This document shows positions 41,296 through 50,499 of a stretch of 64,000 nt of DNA, one piece after another (position 1 is the stretch's first letter; every line of letters starts with the position of its first letter). Both the position numbers and the translations under genes were made by a program. This DNA is from an uncultured Tenacibaculum sp. Its GTDB lineage: Bacteria; Bacteroidota; Bacteroidia; Flavobacteriales; Flavobacteriaceae. The stretch spans positions 3,542-67,541 of the forward strand of contig CAKZVD010000028.1 in NCBI GenBank assembly GCA_937922085.1, written 5' to 3'. The notes beneath the pieces were generated by a model. That model saw only the letters and a program-made list of their open reading frames with translations, did not search any database and was not told the DNA's origin.

Positions 41296-41680
41296 TTATT
41301 TTAACTAAAAAAGAGAGTTAATTTTGTACACCTTTAAAAAAATAGTGATAACGAAGTGTACACTTTTATTTGAAAAGTATACAAAAATTTTAATAAAAAT
41401 ATAGACACATTATCCGTAGTTTGTTTTTTCAAAACATTAAAATAATATAACAAAGTGATACTATTGTATAAAAATTATATAATAAAAACATTGTGCCTCT
41501 ATTATTATTTTATAAATTTAAGCTCGAAAAAAAGATGAAGAAATAAGTGACTAAACCTCCTTTTTCCTTTTTATTTTCTAATATAAAAATTTTAAAACAA
41601 TATAAAAGGTACACTTTATACCATTATTTGGTTGTATAAATGTAATAGTACATTTATATAGTTGTTGTATGTTATTAGAA

Positions 41681-42133
41681 CTATCGTTTCGTCTTTCCTC
41701 TTTCCTGTATATTAGTTGGCCAAAAATCGTGTTCTTTATCTAAAAAAACTATATAATAGACATCATTTTCAACATATCCCGCAACAACTTCTTTACTATT
41801 TGGCTTTATATGAATTACAGCCCAATAAGATGGTTTAACATGTTTTGGCTCGTCAAAATTTGAACATAATGGAAAACCTATCTTAGTATATTGTTTTATT
41901 AACTGTTGCGCTAAAGCATCTGGTGCACTATATTGACTAATTTGTTTCAACCTTTCCATTAATGGACGTAACAGTTTGTAATCTTCCCATTCCTTGATAT
42001 CTTGTCCAAAAGAAACTATATGTTTTTCCCAACTAAAACTTATTTTCCTTTGCTTTGGGCCTTTTGCTTTTCTTTTACCTGGTTTGTTTTCATATTGTTT
42101 ATACCATTCTGTATCATAATTATTTTCACTCAT
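41681..42133 (-). CDS. Putative RelE-like (MAG6450-like) toxin/ribonuclease
   Basis: C-terminal VAGYVENDVYYIVFLDKEHDFWP; start overlaps the ATPase stop. Confidence 0.55.
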   Translation of the reverse strand: MSENNYDTEWYKQYENKPGKRKAKGPKQRKISFSWEKHIVSFGQDIKEWEDYKLLRPLMERLKQISQYSAPDALAQQLIKQYTKIGFPLCSNFDEPKHVKPSYWAVIHIKPNSKEVVAGYVENDVYYIVFLDKEHDFWPTNIQERGKTKR

Positions 42134-43349
42134 ACAAAAAAGATATAAGAGGTTCTACTATATTTATTGACTCAGCTCCACCAAAAGTACTTTCTAAATA
42201 TTTTTTTCTAAAATCAGAAGTGTTTTTTACTACCGAAGTATCGAAACTAGACATTGGATATAACTCTGAAACACCAAACTGGTCTTTATCAGTAAACCAT
42301 ATTTGATCTCTTCTAAATATATCTTTATCTAAAAGTGTCGCATCATGCGCCGTGAAAATGAATTGTGCGTTTTTTTTATTAAATCTATGAAAGAAAGAAA
42401 TAAGTTTTCTTGTTAGATTAGGATGGAACTTAGAGTCAAACTCGTCAATAAACAAGACCTTGCCATACTTAAGTGTATCATAAAGTGCTCCCAAAAAATA
42501 AATTAATTTTCTTGTTCCTTGACTCTCTTCTTTATCAATATCAAAAGGAACAGAATCTATAATAAAATCATTCTCATCATATTTATTGTGGTATGCCAAA
42601 AGCTTATTTTCATTAACTCCTGATTCTACTGAACTAATTTCTAAAAATTTAACTGCTAGAGAAAGCCAATTTTTAAAATTAGGATCTTCTCTTAATAAAA
42701 TAGAAGTAACATTAGAGAAATGTGTATTATCTAGTCCACTAATAATATTAGCATTTTCAAACCAATTAAATACTTGCTTTGATATCTGAGCATTATTCTG
42801 AGCTAAATAACTAAGGAAAAGAACGTTTTTATTAACCTGTGACTTATACTTATTACCTTCCTTAAAGCTTTTATGATTTATCTCAAATTTTGAATTTAAC
42901 CTACTAAAAAGTAAAGTTTCAGTATTAATTTTTCGATAAAGCCATTCTTTTACAATTATTTCACCTAAAATTTCAAAACCATATCTATAAAAAACTCCTT
43001 GCTCAAAAAAAGAAATTTCAAAAAAAGAAGGTTTATTTTCAGTCTCTTGACTTAACTTAAAGTAAAAATCATTCCTTTTTTTATCCTCTTTTTTCTTAAG
43101 TGAATTAGCAAAAGAATTATGAACTAAGTCTTCCATAAAACCAAAAGCTGAAATAAAATTACTTTTACCTCCTCCATTACTACCATAGACAGCTACGGAT
43201 TTCATTAAATTTATATTCTCATTTAGATCAACCAAATTATCATCTAAATGTTCTTTATATGATTTTACAGAAGACATTAAAAGTTTGTTCTCATTTTTAT
43301 ATGAGAGGAAATTTTTAAATTTAAAATCTATTAGCATTTTAAAATACAT
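42126..43349 (-). CDS. AAA_21/RloA-like ABC-type ATPase (start may be 43337)
   Basis: YGSNGGGKS, ESQGT, FIDEFDSKFHP, FTAH, RRDQIWF. Confidence 0.9.
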   Translation of the reverse strand: MYFKMLIDFKFKNFLSYKNENKLLMSSVKSYKEHLDDNLVDLNENINLMKSVAVYGSNGGGKSNFISAFGFMEDLVHNSFANSLKKKEDKKRNDFYFKLSQETENKPSFFEISFFEQGVFYRYGFEILGEIIVKEWLYRKINTETLLFSRLNSKFEINHKSFKEGNKYKSQVNKNVLFLSYLAQNNAQISKQVFNWFENANIISGLDNTHFSNVTSILLREDPNFKNWLSLAVKFLEISSVESGVNENKLLAYHNKYDENDFIIDSVPFDIDKEESQGTRKLIYFLGALYDTLKYGKVLFIDEFDSKFHPNLTRKLISFFHRFNKKNAQFIFTAHDATLLDKDIFRRDQIWFTDKDQFGVSELYPMSSFDTSVVKNTSDFRKKYLESTFGGAESINIVEPLISFLYE

Positions 43350-43356
43350 TTAGTTG

Positions 43357-43364
43357 CAAAAATA
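43357..43364 (-). promoter_or_regulatory. Bacteroidetes -7 element for the inverted cassette
   Basis: TATTTTTG (TAnnTTTG) just upstream of the ATPase start. Confidence 0.55.
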
Positions 43365-43411
43365 CAACAAAAAACACATATTCTGCCAAATAATGGAAGA
43401 AATAAAAAAAC

Positions 43412-43611
43412 AACATACAACAATCTATAAAAAACATAGAGCGGTTTAGGCTTGCCAAAAGGTCACTATTTATTTATAAAGTCGCCAAATATAAAATTTG
43501 GCATTTTCAACAAAAAAGATAAAAGCAAAATATTATATTTGACTAAGTATTAAACTCGAAATGTAGTGCTTATCCTCTGCCCTACGTGTTTTATACTAAA
43601 CGTTAGCTATA
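43412..43611 (+). repeat. attC-like site, family B (~200 bp)
   Basis: AAC-aatc-TATAAAAAACATAGAGCGG...CTGCCCTACGTGTTTTATA-ctaaac-GTT. Confidence 0.7.
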
Positions 43612-43619
43612 ATTAAAAA

Positions 43620-43907
43620 ATGAACACAATATTCTCTACACTGATGATGTCATCTTGGGTTTTAGGAATAATTTTAGTTTTAACATCTAATCCTGTTCGA
43701 ATTATATCTAAGGTTAAAGATTTTGATACAAACATAAATAAACCTTTTTATGGTTTTAAACATATTAGAAAAGCTATTTCTTTAACTTCAGATAATGCGA
43801 TTATTGAAAAATTGAAAAAGAAAATATTAATAAGAAAAATAGGATATTCTTTTTTGATAATAACTCCTGTTTTATTCATTCTTGGGGGAATATTTGATCG
43901 CCAATAA
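43620..43907 (+). CDS. Small 2-TM hypothetical protein
   Basis: 95 aa ORF just after core GTTAGCTATA. Confidence 0.65.
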   Translation: MNTIFSTLMMSSWVLGIILVLTSNPVRIISKVKDFDTNINKPFYGFKHIRKAISLTSDNAIIEKLKKKILIRKIGYSFLIITPVLFILGGIFDRQ

Positions 43908-44029
43908 AAAAGTTATATAAATCTGAATAATGTTCTATTGAAATAATTATAATTGAAAAACTGACCTGAATTTGAATTACTACTTTAATAAATAATAATT
44001 TTATTGTAGCTGAAAAATAATTTATTGTA

Positions 44030-44470
44030 ATGAAAGAGTTAATAGATTTAATAGCTCAAAAACACAGAGTAGATGGAATAAAAATAAATCCTTGCGCCTC
44101 TAACTTTGATATAACTGAATTTGAAAACAAAGTTGGATTTAATTTACCTCAAAATTTTAGAGAATTCTATCTTACCTGTAATGGATTTAGCTGTGAAGAA
44201 GATATTTTTAATATAATGTCTCTTTCAGAAATAACAGACCGATGGGAAAATTATAATGATAATTGGTTTTACTTTTCAGAATATATGATTTATTCAGATA
44301 TGTGGGGCATTAGGATTACTGAAACTGGAGAATATGAAATATTTAATGGAAGTTATCCTAAAAAAACAATTACATCCTCTCTTGAAGAGTTTTTAAAAAG
44401 GTTCTTCAAAGGAAATGTGTTTGACAACGGAGGACTTTATGATTGGCACGAAGAACTTAAAATAAAATAA
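44030..44470 (+). CDS. SMI1/KNR4 family (immunity-type) protein
   Basis: PCASNFDITEFENKVGFNLPQNFREFYLTCNG; SLEEFL. Confidence 0.85.
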   Translation: MKELIDLIAQKHRVDGIKINPCASNFDITEFENKVGFNLPQNFREFYLTCNGFSCEEDIFNIMSLSEITDRWENYNDNWFYFSEYMIYSDMWGIRITETGEYEIFNGSYPKKTITSSLEEFLKRFFKGNVFDNGGLYDWHEELKIK

Positions 44471-44471
44471 C

Positions 44472-44669
44472 TATAGCTAAGACTATATAAAAAGCATAGG
44501 ACGGTTAAGTGTTGTATTGAAAATGTTTTGTTTTTTTGCTGGGTTGTCAAATATAAAATTTGCATTTAAACTAAAATTAAAAACAAAATATTTATATTTA
44601 GCTAAGTGTTAAATCCGAAGTATAGTGCTTATCAACTGCCTTACTTTTTATATACTAAACATTAACTAC
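44472..44669 (+). repeat. attC-like site, family B (degenerate ends)
   Basis: Shares caaatataaaattt, caaaatatt..atattt.ctaagt and tagtgcttatc..ctgcc with 43412. Confidence 0.7.
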
Positions 44670-44679
44670 AATAAAACTC

Positions 44680-45504
44680 ATGATTCCGAAAATTAGTAAG
44701 TTCTACTATTATTTTTATTCAGAAAACCCTCACGCTCTAATACAGTTAATTGGTGATGCAACTGAGTACCATTCAGACTACTCTATTTCAAAGTCAAAGC
44801 AAGAAATGTTTCAAAAGCATCAGTTGTATTGTCAATTATTAAACACAATCGAATTTACACTTGAAAGTTACGGTTACATTAATTTTTTCTCAGAATACGA
44901 AGACTTAGTAGGTGAATTGCCATCTCTTTGTGAATTACTTGAAGAATTTGGGCATTTAGATGTAGTAGAAAACATAAATCAAGCAACGAATTTTTATGAA
45001 AAATATTCGAATCAATTTGAATCTTTACAAAACACGTCGTTGGAACATGATGAAATAGATGCTATTTACGACAAGTTAGATTCAAATTTTGATTCAAAAT
45101 TTGACCTAAATGAACCTATGCTACATCTTTCTAAACAAATAAAAAACACCCCTAATAATTTTTGTTTGGATGAGAACGGTAAGTCTTTTGAAATGGAATT
45201 TACTGGACAACTAGAAACCTTCTATGCGAATAAAAATCTTCAAAAAAGATACTCATTTCATAAAGGTGAAGTACACGGTGAGTGTTTTGAATTCGATTTT
45301 GATGGAAATAAAGAAAGCCTATACTTTTATAAAAATGAACACTCTTACGAACAACTAAAACAATGGTATAAAAATGGCAACTTAAAATATGAAAAATATG
45401 CAGATGATGTTTATAAATATTGGCATGAAAATGGACAACTCCGTATAGAAAGAAATGGAGAAGTTTTTCAAAAGTGGGATAAAAATGGAAAAAAAATAAA
45501 GTAG
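44680..45504 (+). CDS. DUF4375-like domain plus MORN-variant (YwqK-like) repeats
   Basis: WYKNGNLK, WHENGQLR, WDKNGK repeats. Confidence 0.65.
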   Translation: MIPKISKFYYYFYSENPHALIQLIGDATEYHSDYSISKSKQEMFQKHQLYCQLLNTIEFTLESYGYINFFSEYEDLVGELPSLCELLEEFGHLDVVENINQATNFYEKYSNQFESLQNTSLEHDEIDAIYDKLDSNFDSKFDLNEPMLHLSKQIKNTPNNFCLDENGKSFEMEFTGQLETFYANKNLQKRYSFHKGEVHGECFEFDFDGNKESLYFYKNEHSYEQLKQWYKNGNLKYEKYADDVYKYWHENGQLRIERNGEVFQKWDKNGKKIK

Positions 45505-45556
45505 TTAACACTATGTAAAAAAACATTGAAACGCATTTTACATTAACCGTTGTACT
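45501..45556 (+). repeat. Short attC-like site (56 bp)
   Basis: AAC-act-ATGTAAAA...TTTTACAT-taacc-GTT. Confidence 0.7.
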
Positions 45557-45561
45557 CAATT

Positions 45562-46335
45562 ATGAAAAACCCTTTTTGGAAGATAAAATCTATACTAATA
45601 TTATTATTTATACCGTTTTCCATATTTCTTATATTTATTTCAATTTTACTGATTTTATTTAATGAAAAGGATGGATATCTAGTGAGCTTATTATTAACCT
45701 CATTAGGAATAATATTATTTATTTACTCATTAAGATATGTGATAAAAACCAACAAATCTTTCAAAAATGATTTAATAGTTTTCCTGAATGATGATTCAAG
45801 GTTAATAGAGTTATTTAACTATGAGAAAACAGAATGGAACGTTTTTGCTGAAATTTATTACAAAAAAAGAATCAAGAATTATAAGATAATAATGTTTATT
45901 TTAATTCCTATAATAACATCTTTTATGATTCTTATTTATAAAGAAGATTATAGATTATTTATCTTGTTATCTTTTTTGTTCCTTTCAATATTTACTTTTG
46001 TTTTTCTATTCCTAAGAAAATCTCTAATAGAATTTAAATCTAAACTGTTTGACTTTGAGAACCCTGAGGCTAGAGTAACCACGTCAGGAATTCTAATTAA
46101 CAAGAACTATGTAGTATCCTATAATAATCAGGATGGGTTACTAACAAAATGTACATTCGTAGTATTTATAAATATAAAATGTTTTGAATTTACGATTAGA
46201 AGGGCAAGCGGAAAAGGACATACCTACCAATACTTTAATCTATTGATACCAAAAGAAAGAGAGCACGATTCTATAATGATAGAAAGTAGGATAAATGAAT
46301 ATGCTGTGCCAAAAACTAAGTACAACAAAACCTAA
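45562..46335 (+). CDS. Cassette gene: 4-TM membrane protein
   Basis: Flanked by GTTGTACT and AGTACAAC. Confidence 0.75.
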   Translation: MKNPFWKIKSILILLFIPFSIFLIFISILLILFNEKDGYLVSLLLTSLGIILFIYSLRYVIKTNKSFKNDLIVFLNDDSRLIELFNYEKTEWNVFAEIYYKKRIKNYKIIMFILIPIITSFMILIYKEDYRLFILLSFLFLSIFTFVFLFLRKSLIEFKSKLFDFENPEARVTTSGILINKNYVVSYNNQDGLLTKCTFVVFINIKCFEFTIRRASGKGHTYQYFNLLIPKEREHDSIMIESRINEYAVPKTKYNKT

Positions 46336-46453
46336 AAACATTGCTGGCGGATTTCCCCCTTGGAAAAATATTCGCAAAGTTCCAATGTTCAGGTATTTTT
46401 ACTAAATTAACAACTAAACTAATGCAACGTTTTTTAGCTAAAACGTTAACGAT
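46319..46453 (+). repeat. attC-like site, family A
   Basis: AAC-aaaac-CTAAAAACATTGC...GCAACGTTTTTTAG-ctaaaac-GTT. Confidence 0.75.
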
Positions 46454-46463
46454 CATATAAAAG

Positions 46464-46808
46464 ATGAAAAGATTTAAAACCGAAAAGATGATCCACTTTA
46501 TCTACCAGATGCTTATGTACATGGGTGATGTGACTAGAGACAATATTGTTTCTTTTATGCATGGCGCTGATTTCGGTAAATGGAATGAGTCACATTGGAC
46601 GAAATTGCTAAATGAATTTATCGTAATCAAATATAAAATTGAAGAACGAGCAATGGGTTGACCTTATCAAGTTGAGTTATTAAGTAAACGGGAAGGAATT
46701 GAATGGAATGAAGGTTTTAAGAAACTAATGCTTGAAATGATTAGTAAATCTGAGCAAATACCATTTACTAAGAAAATGCAGAACTGGATTAACGATTTAG
46801 AGAACTGA
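46464..46808 (+). pseudogene. Hypothetical gene interrupted by an in-frame TGA
   Basis: ...RAMG*PYQVELLSKREGIEW...; frame stays open for 48 more codons. Confidence 0.6.
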
Positions 46809-46907
46809 AAATTAAATACGATGTTTAATTCAATTTGTATAATTGAAAAATGGTGAATTACGAATTTAAATTCATTGAAAATAACGATGAATTAACTTGA
46901 TGAAACA

Positions 46908-47135
46908 ATGAGTAGATCGAAACAGAAAACTAAAATTCACGGAAATACAACGGCTAAATCTGAAAAAGAAAACAAGCAAAACGCAAATAGAAAATTTAGA
47001 CGAATTGTTAAACAAAAAGTAAAACTGAATAAAGAGAGTTTACCCGAACTAAGGGAAGTCTCAAATGTTTGGTGTTTTGATAAGGATGGGAAAAGATATA
47101 ATTTGGAAATGACTGAAAAAGATCTTCGAAAATGA
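46908..47135 (+). CDS. Small basic hypothetical protein
   Basis: 75 aa: MSRSKQKT...SEKENKQNANRKFRR...SNVWCFDKDGK. Confidence 0.65.
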   Translation: MSRSKQKTKIHGNTTAKSEKENKQNANRKFRRIVKQKVKLNKESLPELREVSNVWCFDKDGKRYNLEMTEKDLRK

Positions 47136-47140
47136 AACTA

Positions 47141-47299
47141 TACGCTAACACTATATATGTGATGAATCGATTGGTTCGTGTATATTAGGTAAGGTACAAT
47201 GCTTACAGATATAAAGTTAACAAACTTTATATCTGTAAATTATTAGCTAAATTTAGAACTTAAATACGTAACTAATCTTATATAAACACGGTTATAGAC
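47141..47299 (+). repeat. attC-like site with long internal hairpin
   Basis: AAC-acta-TATATGTGAT...ATCTTATATA-aacacg-GTT; internal ttacagatataaagtt/aactttatatctgtaa. Confidence 0.65.
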
Positions 47300-47312
47300 G
47301 ATTAGAACTGAA

Positions 47313-47477
47313 ATGTATTTTAGAAACAAAAGAAACATTTATGGAGTAGATATTGGAACCCCTTTAATATATGCAGGTAATCAACCCCAAAGGCTAATTC
47401 CTTATAATTATTCCGGATTAAAAAGTTTTGAAAAAAAATGTTCTTATAAATATGTTTGTACCAATAACTTGAAATAA
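47313..47477 (+). CDS. 54-aa ORF or decayed gene in a ~290 bp cassette
   Basis: MYFRNKRNIYGVDIGTPLIYAG... between GTTATAG (47291) and CTGTAAC (47571). Confidence 0.35.
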   Translation: MYFRNKRNIYGVDIGTPLIYAGNQPQRLIPYNYSGLKSFEKKCSYKYVCTNNLK

Positions 47478-47570
47478 AAAACAACAAAATTTTACAACTA
47501 TGATAACGGAATAAAACACTTGATAAAAGAAATAAAAACTAAAAGGATAATTAAATACTATTAAAAGAGA

Positions 47571-47625
47571 CTGTAACAATATATAAACTGTATTAAAATG
47601 ACAGTTTAAACAAAACGTTATATCT
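47571..47625 (+). repeat. Short attC-like site (55 bp)
   Basis: AAC-aatata-TAAACTGT...ACAGTTTA-aacaaaac-GTT. Confidence 0.65.
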
Positions 47626-47649
47626 GATTAACGAAAAATCAAGATTGAT

Positions 47650-48372
47650 ATGAATAAAGAATTAGAACTATTGCAATCAGAGATAAATAATAATTGTGAT
47701 GAATTACGTAAAATAGATATCAATAAAATAAATATTATAGCTGATTTTGGCAACGAATCTCATATTGAATTAAAGAACAAAGACAGAGGGTGTAGAATTT
47801 ACCCTTTTTATTTTAGCGAAACTCCAATATATGAGTTCGAATGGGATGACTGTCTTATTTTTCAAACATCAAGAGATGATATTAAAAAACAGGTTGAAAT
47901 AATAAAAAGTTGGATATTAAAGAGAACAATGCCATCAGAGGTACAAATTCAGTTTCCTGAAATAAAACTGAACAAATTGGCAAAATACTATGAGAAGGGA
48001 GAGGGAGTAAAAGGCGAATTCATCGAGAGCTGGAATGAAATTGAAGAAAATAACTATAATTATTTATCTGTCGATCCCGAAGAGTATCATACCAGTAAAG
48101 ACACAATTAGATTAATCAAAGAAATGAGGGAGGAAGGGCTTAATGAATCATTAAGAATAGGTTCTCGATTATCTTGGTTAATTTTATCTCGAGCTAGAAG
48201 ACACATTATAAATGATAACACTCCGCATGTAGGTATATATTTCTTTGGGAATAATCAAATGAAAATATATTCTAATTTGAGTGATGAAACTGAAGAATTT
48301 GAGGTGGAAGTAAAATATGAAGAGCATCTCGAAAGATTTGTAAAAGAATTATTAAAAGAAGAGATAAAATAG
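47650..48372 (+). CDS. Cassette gene: hypothetical acidic protein
   Basis: 240 aa ORF after GTTATATCT. Confidence 0.7.
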   Translation: MNKELELLQSEINNNCDELRKIDINKINIIADFGNESHIELKNKDRGCRIYPFYFSETPIYEFEWDDCLIFQTSRDDIKKQVEIIKSWILKRTMPSEVQIQFPEIKLNKLAKYYEKGEGVKGEFIESWNEIEENNYNYLSVDPEEYHTSKDTIRLIKEMREEGLNESLRIGSRLSWLILSRARRHIINDNTPHVGIYFFGNNQMKIYSNLSDETEEFEVEVKYEEHLERFVKELLKEEIK

Positions 48373-48689
48373 ATAAAAAGGCCATTTTAATCAATTGTAG
48401 AGTTGTGCAACAGCCACAATAACTATAAGTAATGCGGAATTTTGGTGTTATCCGAAGGTAGAAGTGTAAATTAAAGCCTGAAAAAACCTTACTTAGAGTC
48501 TTTATCGTCAAGGATAAAAAAATTAAAATATTTATGTTAGTACCAATCCGAAGTGTATCATTTATCCTAAGTTTTTTTAGATGAAAACAAAAAATAAAAT
48601 ACTATTTTGTTTTTAACAACTAATGAGCAATATTCAAAAGAATAGTGTATAAATTTAACTTTGATTTTAATAATTGATATAAATAAAAA

Positions 48690-49139
48690 ATGAGCTTAGA
48701 AATTGATTTTATGTACCAACCAGAAGTAAGCTTTGATAAAATATATTCTATTGACCTTGGTTTAAATGGATTCAAATTTGATTCTAGAAAAGGATTTGAT
48801 TTAATTTCTACTGGTATTGCTGTAGATGAAATATATGATGAATCTAGATTAATATTTCAACTAGAAAGAGAACTTAAATTAAAATTAACCATCATAAATG
48901 CATGGGAATCTAAAATGTATAATGATTTTATTCCAATAACTGAACTACTACAATCATTAGAATTATTTAAAAGTTCAATACTTAAGAATCCTACTTTTTA
49001 TAAAAATATTGATTATATATGGATAGAATACCCTGACTATTTAAAAATTCAACTATTGAAAGATTTAGAATATTTAATAAGACTGCATAAATACCTATTA
49101 AGTATTCAAATTAAGGAAGTAAAACTAGAAGTAAATTAA
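48690..49139 (+). CDS. Hypothetical protein
   Basis: 149 aa ORF, same orientation as the array. Confidence 0.65.
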   Translation: MSLEIDFMYQPEVSFDKIYSIDLGLNGFKFDSRKGFDLISTGIAVDEIYDESRLIFQLERELKLKLTIINAWESKMYNDFIPITELLQSLELFKSSILKNPTFYKNIDYIWIEYPDYLKIQLLKDLEYLIRLHKYLLSIQIKEVKLEVN

Positions 49140-49276
49140 AATGGTTAAAACAGAATGTATCATCAATTGTTTTTAAAGTATTTTAATTAATTTAGGTATG
49201 ATAAAACACGCAAAAAAACATACAAAACATAAAAACGTGACTAATAATTTAAATTAAACTTGTGTATTTTTACTTC

Positions 49277-49852
49277 ATGAAAAACATCTTCTATTTCTTT
49301 AGTATACTTTTAACTTTTAGTCAACTTAAAGCGCAAGTATCTGTAATAACAAATCAGTTTAGTTCAAACCTAACAAAAAAGGATTTAAATTTTTCAAGTG
49401 ATAGAAAACTGTTTGCTGTAGGGGTAAATGATAAACTTACAGAAAATTATATAGTTGTTTCTAAAAATAAGCGCGGTGCTGAAAATGATATACTCTGTAT
49501 TGATAAATTTACTAGAAAAGGAGACGAGAAATTTATTAAAACATTTACTACTCGTTTTATACATAAAACAAACCTAAGTATTTCTTTTGTTCAAAACAGA
49601 ATGATGTACAAAGACATTGATAAAGATGGAAATATGGAGTTTATTTATATAGTTAAAGAACAAGAAGACGGAATGAAAAGCCCGTTAAATAAAGTTACCG
49701 GACTTATTGTGTATAAAAATAAAGGATATAAATTATGGGTTAATGCTTCAGAAAAATTTGAAACTACACATTTTGACAAAAATTTTAAAGACCTTCCTGA
49801 AAATATTAGTTCCGAATTTTTAACCTTTTGGAATAGTCTCAGAAAAAAATAG
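49277..49852 (+). CDS. Hypothetical exported protein
   Basis: Signal peptide; DIDKDG (Ca-binding-like) motif. Confidence 0.65.
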   Translation: MKNIFYFFSILLTFSQLKAQVSVITNQFSSNLTKKDLNFSSDRKLFAVGVNDKLTENYIVVSKNKRGAENDILCIDKFTRKGDEKFIKTFTTRFIHKTNLSISFVQNRMMYKDIDKDGNMEFIYIVKEQEDGMKSPLNKVTGLIVYKNKGYKLWVNASEKFETTHFDKNFKDLPENISSEFLTFWNSLRKK

Positions 49853-49926
49853 TTTAGTTTGTTAAAAACCATATTAATTAGTTGTTGTATTCGAAATATT
49901 TAACATTGTAAAAAAATTAAAAAAAG

Positions 49927-50499
49927 ATGAAAAAGAAAACTCACTTAAAAATAATATTCACATTATTTATTAGTAATTTTTTGACTGCTCAACATACAGA
50001 AAAATTTAAAAAATTGATTTCTAATTTAAAACTTATTGATACAATAAAAATCAATAAAAAATATAAAAACGGGAATCAAAAAGAGATAGGGAACTATAGC
50101 GTTTATGAATTAAATGATTTTGAGTATGAACAACTTTCTGGAAAACATATTACATATTATAGCAATGGACAAATATTGGAAGAAACTACTTACGATAACT
50201 TTGGGATTGTCTTAAAATGGAAATTGTATGATGGACTAGGTAATTTACAACAAGAACTTAAAACAATAAAAATTGATACAGATAAAGAAAGTTTAGATGA
50301 ACTCTTAAATGATAACAATTCTATTGATATAATAATTGAAGAAAAAAAGTATAAATTTTCAGATAAAATATGTGGTTGGTTTTTAATTAAAGAAGGGCAA
50401 AAAATTAATGGTAAAAAAATTGGGAAATGGAAAAAATATTATCCTAATGGAGAAGTCAAAAAAGTAAAAGAATATAAAGCTTTATACAATAAAACCTAA
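49927..50499 (+). CDS. Exported MORN-variant repeat protein
   Basis: YKNGNQK, YYSNGQI, GKWKKYYPNGEVK. Confidence 0.7.
   Translation: MKKKTHLKIIFTLFISNFLTAQHTEKFKKLISNLKLIDTIKINKKYKNGNQKEIGNYSVYELNDFEYEQLSGKHITYYSNGQILEETTYDNFGIVLKWKLYDGLGNLQQELKTIKIDTDKESLDELLNDNNSIDIIIEEKKYKFSDKICGWFLIKEGQKINGKKIGKWKKYYPNGEVKKVKEYKALYNKT

Noticed and set aside
46659-46661. Selenocysteine or TGA=Trp recoding
   Set aside because: TGA is a normal stop in many genes here and no SECIS-like context is evident; a TGG>TGA nonsense change is simpler.
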